Shown in pieces: positions 57,713 through 64,000 of a DNA stretch of 64,000 nucleotides. The stretch lies in contig BOKZ01000001.1 of NCBI GenBank assembly GCA_016861245.1, positions 188,347 through 252,346 on the forward strand, in the 5' to 3' direction. The notes below the pieces were generated by a model. That model worked only from the letters and a program-made list of their open reading frames with translations. It ran no database searches and was not told the DNA's origin. Within the stretch, counting starts at the first letter, position 1. Every line of letters begins with the position of its first letter. The DNA is from Patescibacteria group bacterium (GTDB taxonomy: Bacteria; Patescibacteriota; UBA1384; 2-12-FULL-50-11). The position numbers were made by a program, and so were the translations under genes.

Positions 57713-59025
57713 CAGTCTGCTCCGTACCTCTTGGCGCCGTTAAACTTATGAGTGGTTAGTGGTCGCTCTTTAATCGTTGTGGTCTGAGAGGACGAGTCGA
57801 TAATCTTACCGTTGCCGATATAGATTCCGACGTGGTCAAATAAGGCGCCAGCGTATCGTCGTTGGGCGCGACTACCGTTCCCAAACCAGACGATGTCCCC
57901 TGGCCGCATCACGCCCTCGTTGATCCGCTCGTTACTAGCAGTCTCAGCTCGGTCAATCACAAGTCTTAATACTTTATTGTTCCAAAGAGCGGTAGTGGTC
58001 CCGACAATTGCGTTTGGTACGCCAGATTCCCATAAAGTTGTGGACGAGAACGAGGCACAGGCTAGCTTATCTGGCGCACCAGTTATCCGACAGAAGTTAC
58101 CAGTAGGCTCGCCGACATGGGTTTTGGCGTTAGCTACGATCCATGTTCCAAACGGCAACGTGCCCTCGAACTCCAACATTTTTTTCTGCAAATCGTCGCG
58201 AATCTTCATCCGCTCAACTTTATTAGAGGTTTTAAGGAGAGAGTCTAAGATCGGTGTGAACTCTACGATCTTGGCATCAATTGCGGCGACTTTATTCGCG
58301 GAGTGCTTCTGAGCGTTGCCTTTAATCCGTTGATAGCGATCCTTCTCGTCCTCAACAACCTCTTTTACTGTTTTATCGTTTGCGATCTTATCGCCCGATA
58401 ACGCTGAGAGTAGTGTAGCCTGTTCTTGTTGCGAAACGCTGGTCGGATATCGCGCTGGTCCCTTGCCAGTGTCACCACTAAATGAGAAGAGGGCAACGAT
58501 AATGAGAACTATAATTATCACTAGCAGGATAATCCCAACCGCTAGCCACACATACGGATTTTTAGCGAGAAGCTGAGTTACTAGCTTTTTTATCGCTTGA
58601 CCGATCGCTTTACCTGCTTGTTTGGCGGCCTTTTTCGTTGCTTCGCCAGCGGCTCGAGCCGCTGCTCGGGCGCTTCGCTCACCCGCCTTTACCGGTTGTT
58701 GTTCAACTCTTTTGGCAGCGCTTTGTTCGGCATTTTTAGAGACGGTCTTTTGGGCGACTTGTCGGCCGGACTTTACCTCCTCGGCAATCTGCTGAGAACG
58801 CTCTAGTTCCTTCTGATGCAACTCCTGACGCTTAGTCGCCTCTATCGGGTCCGTTTTAGTTGGCGACTCAGTGCTGCGGCGCTGTCTAATCTCATCCCAG
58901 ACTTGTTGAAGATCAGGCTCGGATTCTTCTTGTTCATTAAGCTGTCCGACGAGCTCCTCTGGGGTATCGTCGAACTCCTCTTCTGGTGTTAGTGGTGGTG
59001 GTGTTTTTGGATCCCCTCCGGCCAT
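57712..59025 (-). CDS. bitopic cell-wall hydrolase with C-terminal NlpC/P60 domain (PrgK/VirB1-like role)
   Basis: Acidic and K/A-rich cytoplasmic N-terminus, one TM helix, C-terminal NlpC/P60 signature (…GAPDKLACASF…GDIVWFGNG…HVGIYIGNGKIID). Confidence 0.6.
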   Translation of the reverse strand: MAGGDPKTPPPLTPEEEFDDTPEELVGQLNEQEESEPDLQQVWDEIRQRRSTESPTKTDPIEATKRQELHQKELERSQQIAEEVKSGRQVAQKTVSKNAEQSAAKRVEQQPVKAGERSARAAARAAGEATKKAAKQAGKAIGQAIKKLVTQLLAKNPYVWLAVGIILLVIIIVLIIVALFSFSGDTGKGPARYPTSVSQQEQATLLSALSGDKIANDKTVKEVVEDEKDRYQRIKGNAQKHSANKVAAIDAKIVEFTPILDSLLKTSNKVERMKIRDDLQKKMLEFEGTLPFGTWIVANAKTHVGEPTGNFCRITGAPDKLACASFSSTTLWESGVPNAIVGTTTALWNNKVLRLVIDRAETASNERINEGVMRPGDIVWFGNGSRAQRRYAGALFDHVGIYIGNGKIIDSSSQTTTIKERPLTTHKFNGAKRYGAD

Positions 59026-59027
59026 TT

Positions 59028-61649
59028 TTACTCACTTATTCCGTAGAGCTCTAATAATTGCTTTGGATCGGTGGTGATAATCTGGTCTTCGGTGTACGAC
59101 GATACGATTTGAATGGCAGCGCGATTATTACCAGCGAAGAACAACCCCTGCCCAACCTCAGCTTCAGTCAAAAAGAACTTTTCGCCATCAGTAAGCTTGA
59201 AGGTCTCCGCAATTTTATCGATGGCGGAGGTAGATTGTCCAAGTAGTAGTTGCGTCGAAGAGTTGTTAACGACCGACCGACCGTAGTTGGAGCTCAAAAA
59301 ATCCTCAACGTCTTGGCTAATAACAGTTAAACCGAGGTAGTATTTACGCGCGCGTTTAGCGATCGCATTAACAAACTTCGCCGAATCTTCGTAGCGCATC
59401 ATAATCCAGCCCTCGTCTAGAATCATCATCCGTTTCTTGAGATCGCTTTTAACGCGGCTCCAGATGTAATTTAACGCCATATACATCGCGATCGGCCGCA
59501 GCTCCTCTTCCATATCCCGAATCGAGAAGACGGTGACTTTATTGTTCATATCGATATTAGTTTGGGCGTTGAAGAGACTGGCAAAGCTCCCGTCGGTGTA
59601 TTTAGCGAGCCGGTTCACGAGCGACTCGGTACCCGTCATATTTTGTAGGACTGTCGTAAGGTCGCTCAGTGTGGGGGGAGTATTTGAGTGGGTGGCGGCG
59701 TCGGTGGTGATGTCGCGAAGGGCGTACGTTTCGTAGAGCGCTTTATCCAGTAGGTTATCTTCCTCTGGGGATAGGCTTCCTGCCATTAGCGCGACCAGTC
59801 CATGAACTGACGTCACTGTGGCACGCAGGAGCTGCTCGCCGGTCTCGTCGCTTCCTTCTCGATACTTTGGCAGATCGAATGGGTTAATTTTTTGCTGCGA
59901 GTTGAGCGAGAGGTTAATGTAGGTGCCGCCGACAGCTTCTGCTAAAGATTTGTACTCATTTTCTGGGTCGATCACGATTACTTCAGAGCCAAGCATCAGC
60001 GATCTAATCGCTTCAAGCTTCACGGCGTACGATTTACCGGCACCGGATTTGGCGAAGACAACCTGATTAGCGTTCTCCATTTTGAAGCGGTCAAATAGTA
60101 CTAACGAGCTGTTATGGAGATTAATGCCGTACAGTACGCCGTCGTGGTGAGACAGCTCAGCTGAGGTAAACGGAAACGTTGTTGAGAGTGAAGCGGTGTC
60201 AAGATTTCGAACAACATCCAATTGGTCGTCGCCGAGCGGTAATGTCGAATTAAAGCCCTGCTCCATCTGTAGGAGCGCTTGTTTGGTGTAAATTAGCTGC
60301 CCACCTAGGATCGCCTCGAATTGCTTAGACATTTTATTTAGTTCGTCGATCGAGGTGGCGTACAAAGTGAAGTAAAGACTCATCTGGAAAAGCCGAGTCT
60401 CACCTTTTTGTAATGTGTCGCGAAGCTCTTCGATATCGCCGACGGCAGTCTCAAGTTCGGGATTTCTCACAAGTCCTTTTTCAGCTTCTATCTGTAAGCT
60501 CGACTGGAGCTGCGTAGTTTTTCGACGAAGTTGTCCGAGCAATACGTTCGTCTCGATCGGGTAAATAAACATACTAATGTCGAGCGTTGCGTCGTAGTTA
60601 ATAATCGGTGAAAGCCAGTTTGCCTGTAAGTATCGCGGGTACGTGTAGACAAACAGCGTTCGAACAAAGAAGCTGCCGAGCTGGATGTAGTTCGGTGTGA
60701 TATTCATACCGCCTGGTGCGATAATGTCTAACACACTAGCTACACCTTGACGTAACACCTCATCGGTACTCGTTGGGTCGCTATGCTTGACGCCCAACTT
60801 GCCGAATATCTCACTGACGGTGGTCTTTTTCATCGCCGACGGGTTGGCTAGTTCGATCTCCTCCTTAGTCGGAGCGTTTGCCGTTTTTTCTGGGTTTGGT
60901 GCCGCTTGCGCTTGTTGTAACTTAACGTCGGATTGCGGTGCGTTTTTGTTTGTCGCCTCTTCGAGCAACTTTTGGCCGTGCTCCAAGATTGGGGCTGTAA
61001 ACTGTTCGGGGTCTTTCAGATGCTGGGTATACGATTCTTCTGGGTTATAGGTGTTATAAAAGAGCTCAATAATCTCTTTAGTATCTAGCTCTTTAGTTGT
61101 AACGCCGAGCGAGTTTAAGCGACCGCTAATTGTGCGCGATCGCTCCTCGAGTATTTCTTTATAACCTTTAAATTCGTCGTCACTAATTGCAGTAACGCCG
61201 ACTTTCTTTCGTTTTAATACTTTGTCGATAAGCGTTTCGTTCTCGACAGCGCCTTTAGCGGTGTGACTGATAACGATGTAGATCGACTTCTCCATAATGT
61301 TAATCTGCTCACTCAGGGTTTTGACGAAATCTAAGTAGTCCTTAGCTTGCCTTTGGAGTAATTCATTAATCTCGCCGGCACTAGCGCGTTCGACTTTATC
61401 GATATACGCCGCTAAGTCGACTCGCCGCGACTGAACGACGATTTCTACGGGAAATTTCAGCGAATTTAAAAAACTTTGATACTGATAGATAGCCACTTCT
61501 TTCTCGTTCTCGCTTTTCAAATCGAAGTTAACTGGCACGGCTTTAATTACTTTTCGTAGGCGTCCGTCTTTGAGGATGATAATACCGTCTCGAATTCGTT
61601 CGATCTGCAAATACTTTTGTGTTGGAGCAACTAGTGGTTTTTTCGCCAT
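59028..61649 (-). CDS. VirB4/TrbE/PrgJ-family type IV secretion ATPase
   Basis: 873 aa; Walker A FAKSGAGKSYAVK, Walker B MMILDEGWIMM, typical VirB4 N-terminal domain. Confidence 0.85.
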   Translation of the reverse strand: MAKKPLVAPTQKYLQIERIRDGIIILKDGRLRKVIKAVPVNFDLKSENEKEVAIYQYQSFLNSLKFPVEIVVQSRRVDLAAYIDKVERASAGEINELLQRQAKDYLDFVKTLSEQINIMEKSIYIVISHTAKGAVENETLIDKVLKRKKVGVTAISDDEFKGYKEILEERSRTISGRLNSLGVTTKELDTKEIIELFYNTYNPEESYTQHLKDPEQFTAPILEHGQKLLEEATNKNAPQSDVKLQQAQAAPNPEKTANAPTKEEIELANPSAMKKTTVSEIFGKLGVKHSDPTSTDEVLRQGVASVLDIIAPGGMNITPNYIQLGSFFVRTLFVYTYPRYLQANWLSPIINYDATLDISMFIYPIETNVLLGQLRRKTTQLQSSLQIEAEKGLVRNPELETAVGDIEELRDTLQKGETRLFQMSLYFTLYATSIDELNKMSKQFEAILGGQLIYTKQALLQMEQGFNSTLPLGDDQLDVVRNLDTASLSTTFPFTSAELSHHDGVLYGINLHNSSLVLFDRFKMENANQVVFAKSGAGKSYAVKLEAIRSLMLGSEVIVIDPENEYKSLAEAVGGTYINLSLNSQQKINPFDLPKYREGSDETGEQLLRATVTSVHGLVALMAGSLSPEEDNLLDKALYETYALRDITTDAATHSNTPPTLSDLTTVLQNMTGTESLVNRLAKYTDGSFASLFNAQTNIDMNNKVTVFSIRDMEEELRPIAMYMALNYIWSRVKSDLKKRMMILDEGWIMMRYEDSAKFVNAIAKRARKYYLGLTVISQDVEDFLSSNYGRSVVNNSSTQLLLGQSTSAIDKIAETFKLTDGEKFFLTEAEVGQGLFFAGNNRAAIQIVSSYTEDQIITTDPKQLLELYGISE

Positions 61650-61651
61650 CG

Positions 61652-62068
61652 TTATTGTTTTGTCTCCGGATTATCTAAAACACTTGCTAGCTCGTTAACC
61701 CGAATCGGATCGAGTGTTTTCTTTGGTTGTTGCTCAGCTTTTTTAGTTTGTTTTAATGGCTGGGATTGTTGCGCCGGAGTGTAATGCTGCCAAACTCGAG
61801 CTCGAGGCTGAGACATGTAGCGAACCATCGCCATAAAGAAAACAGGGAACGGCCGATCTTGTATCTTTATAAACGCCATGCAAAAACTAAACACTCCGAT
61901 TGGGATGGCTAAAATCCAAAAGAGAAAAGAGAAGCCACTTAGAACTAATTTGCTAAATAAAATATAGATAATTAGTCCGCCAAAAAGTAAGTAGAAAAAT
62001 TGGCTCAAGGTTAACGGACCAATAATTCGGTCCTGCATATCTATATTCTGAGGAACTTTAAATTGCAT
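61652..62068 (-). CDS. PrgI/VirB3-like small membrane protein
   Basis: 138 aa, two TM helices, N-terminal VPQNIDMQDRIIGPLTLSQFFYLLFGG pattern; directly upstream of VirB4 with a 2-nt gap. Confidence 0.45.
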   Translation of the reverse strand: MQFKVPQNIDMQDRIIGPLTLSQFFYLLFGGLIIYILFSKLVLSGFSFLFWILAIPIGVFSFCMAFIKIQDRPFPVFFMAMVRYMSQPRARVWQHYTPAQQSQPLKQTKKAEQQPKKTLDPIRVNELASVLDNPETKQ

Positions 62069-62114
62069 TTCCCCCCATAGTTACAATCTACCGTATCAGT
62101 ATACTAGGCGCCAG

Positions 62115-62888
62115 CTAGCTACCGTACTGTTGTAAGTAGAGACCAGTTGCGGTGATTGCGGTTTCCTCGGAGACTTGTTTATTCTCTACCGCATCAAGCG
62201 CTTCAATAATGCGTTTTAGCCGAACTAAAAAGTTTAACTGTTCACCGAACATCTCAAATCGTTCGAGGGAGCCTGCTAAACCTAAGGATTCTAGCATCGC
62301 CACTAAACTATTTGGTATGGTGATATGGTTAAATGGCGGGTTATTGCCGTAGGCTGCTAACCCAGAAAAGAATTGTTCGATTCCACCGTAAAGAGCGAGG
62401 CGCTGCTCCTTTGTTGCCTGCTTTAGAGAGTTGTAGTAGGGAGCAACAAGCTCGAGGCTATTTTTGCGCTGGTAGTAGTTTGCGATGTTATCTTCCACCC
62501 TTTGATATAACGCTAGCTGCTCAAACACATTTTTTGTTATTGTGCTTTGTTTTAATTGACCGCCCGGCGCCACAATATTCGACTCTGTTGTTGGTATCGG
62601 CTGATCAATCCCAGTTCCGTATAAACTTCTAATAAATCCTTCCTGTTGTGTTCGATTAAGTTGTTCGCTGTTAAATAGATATTGTTCGCAAATAAACCTC
62701 CTACGCTCGGCCTGCTCATATCTAACTTGTGACAACGCGGACTCAAACAGCTCTTGTCTGATTTCGTCGCCAACCGAACCCAATAGCGTTTGGACCTGAG
62801 TAAAAATATCTCCGTCGCCGTAGTAAAGCAGCTGTTGGATTTGTAGGATAACCTGATCCTCGGTTTCGTTCCAAATTCGATCAGTCAT
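62115..62888 (-). CDS. hypothetical soluble protein (T4SS-cluster associated)
   Basis: 257 aa, no TM segment, no motif recognised; 8-nt overlap with the upstream ORF. Confidence 0.35.
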   Translation of the reverse strand: MTDRIWNETEDQVILQIQQLLYYGDGDIFTQVQTLLGSVGDEIRQELFESALSQVRYEQAERRRFICEQYLFNSEQLNRTQQEGFIRSLYGTGIDQPIPTTESNIVAPGGQLKQSTITKNVFEQLALYQRVEDNIANYYQRKNSLELVAPYYNSLKQATKEQRLALYGGIEQFFSGLAAYGNNPPFNHITIPNSLVAMLESLGLAGSLERFEMFGEQLNFLVRLKRIIEALDAVENKQVSEETAITATGLYLQQYGS

Positions 62889-63948
62889 CTTTCTTCGGAG
62901 TCTTTCCTAGATGTGAGGCTGGGGTGCCAGAAATTGAGTCGTGGGATAGTACGGCGTTTTTCATATCTTGTGTGGATAGCTTCTTATCCTTATCACCACT
63001 AAATAGTTTCGACTGGAATTCATCAAAATTATCAAACGTGTGTTCTTCGCCAGTTGTTCTGCTCTTAACAACGATTGGTTTCTCGCCATCTTTCATAATC
63101 ATGCTAGCGAGTTCCCGCAGTGCTTCTGGGCTTCGAGTGTCGCGCTGATTTTTGCCGATATCTTTTAGCGCTTGGATGTTTTTAATTAACGTGTTTTGGA
63201 ACTTTGCATCCATTCCAATTGTGTCGCTGTTAAAGAACTTCTTTTTAAGATTGGCGCGTTCAGTCTCGTTAAGATCCTTAAGGCCTTCGTTGATATCCTT
63301 AAGGATACTTTTAACGCTCCCATCGGCGAGCGTGTCCTCGTTCTGAGCTTTAATCCCTTCATTAAAGGCCTTGGCCTGCCGTTTCTCCTCAGCCTTCACC
63401 AGAGTCGAGAAGGTTTTATCGGTTTGATATTTCTGTACCATATCTTCGGCGCTCATGCCAGCCAAGTCGTCGTGACCGACCTTAAGCTTCTCTAGGTCTG
63501 CTAATAACTCGGAGTGGTAAGATTTCCAGAAAGTTAAATCGCCCTTTTCTTCATCGGTTCGTTCGGCCTCTGGTTTCTTCTCGATCTTGTCGATTTCTCC
63601 AGCGATATCGCCAGCCTCTCGAAGTTTACTAATAACGTCCTTGCGCCCCGTTGTGTAGATGCCAGTAACTTCACGCTCAGCGCTCTGTACTGCGTCAGCA
63701 AATGCTTTGTCTTTAGAACTTGCTGCCGCGAATTGCTCCATGAGTTTCTTGTTGTCATCGTTTTTAGTAAAGGCAACTCTTTTTCTATTCATCTCTATCT
63801 TTTCTCGAGCCTCTTCCAAGCCTTTGTTGTAGGCAGAGGATATTTGGCGCTCCGGCAGGGAACCGCCTCGGCGCTGCAGTCGGTCTAGGAAATTGGCAAG
63901 CTTGCCCTCCCCAGCCTTTGTGTTCGCCTTAGCTTGTTCGGCTGCCAA
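62881..63948 (-). CDS. highly charged (K/E/D-rich) hypothetical protein
   Basis: 355 aa, predicted coil-rich, no TM segment; the N-terminus may extend towards the window edge. Confidence 0.35.
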   Translation of the reverse strand: MAAEQAKANTKAGEGKLANFLDRLQRRGGSLPERQISSAYNKGLEEAREKIEMNRKRVAFTKNDDNKKLMEQFAAASSKDKAFADAVQSAEREVTGIYTTGRKDVISKLREAGDIAGEIDKIEKKPEAERTDEEKGDLTFWKSYHSELLADLEKLKVGHDDLAGMSAEDMVQKYQTDKTFSTLVKAEEKRQAKAFNEGIKAQNEDTLADGSVKSILKDINEGLKDLNETERANLKKKFFNSDTIGMDAKFQNTLIKNIQALKDIGKNQRDTRSPEALRELASMIMKDGEKPIVVKSRTTGEEHTFDNFDEFQSKLFSGDKDKKLSTQDMKNAVLSHDSISGTPASHLGKTPKKDD

Positions 63949-64000
63949 GTAGTTAGATAACTCCTCGCCGCGTTTGGTTGTGCGAGCGAATTTCCGATAA

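Overview
This 64-kb window looks like a compact, gene-dense bacterial chromosome segment that includes the replication origin. The gene content and style suggest a Patescibacteria/CPR-like or reduced Gram-positive-like organism; that is inference only. The supporting signs are a short YidC, an H+-pyrophosphatase, many overlapping or translationally coupled genes, and frequent TTG/GTG or leaderless-looking starts.

Main contents, left to right:
1. 0.5-1.3 kb: a VapBC-type toxin-antitoxin pair.
2. 1.3-7.3 kb: groES-groEL, trpS and a phosphomannomutase, plus a GC-rich secreted protein gene and a hairpin-rich 316-bp spacer.
3. 7.7-17 kb: a VanW protein, a membrane H+-PPase, and a first glycan operon (GT4, two O-antigen-ligase paralogs, flippase).
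4. 17.1-19.6 kb: an adjacent dockerin-protein / cohesin-like surface-protein pair.
5. 19.5-35.7 kb: a roughly 16-kb low-GC glycan-biosynthesis island. It holds an oxidoreductase, aminotransferase, N-acetyltransferase and 2-epimerase set typical of 2,3-diacetamido sugar synthesis, two GT-C-like giant membrane proteins, four glycosyltransferases (GTs) and a flippase.
6. 37.4-39.1 kb: a mini-island bracketed by two tRNA-Ser genes.
7. 39.2-44.4 kb: a PilB/GspE ATPase, then four tandem VirB2/TrbC-like pilin paralogs and a solute-binding protein.
8. 44.5-51.6 kb: hsp20, comF, tRNA-Ser and tRNA-Arg, then rpmH-rnpA-yidD-yidC divergent from dnaA-dnaN-recF-(DciA-like), with DnaA-box clusters marking oriC.
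9. 51.6-64 kb: a Gram-positive-style type IV secretion module, on the strand opposite to dnaA. It contains a PrgI-like protein, a VirB4 ATPase, an NlpC/P60 hydrolase, a 1429-aa secreted giant, an M23 peptidase and a membrane protein.

No CRISPR arrays, rRNA genes or recognizable transposases or integrases were seen. All calls rest on motif recognition by eye from the supplied translations and sequence; no database searches were run.
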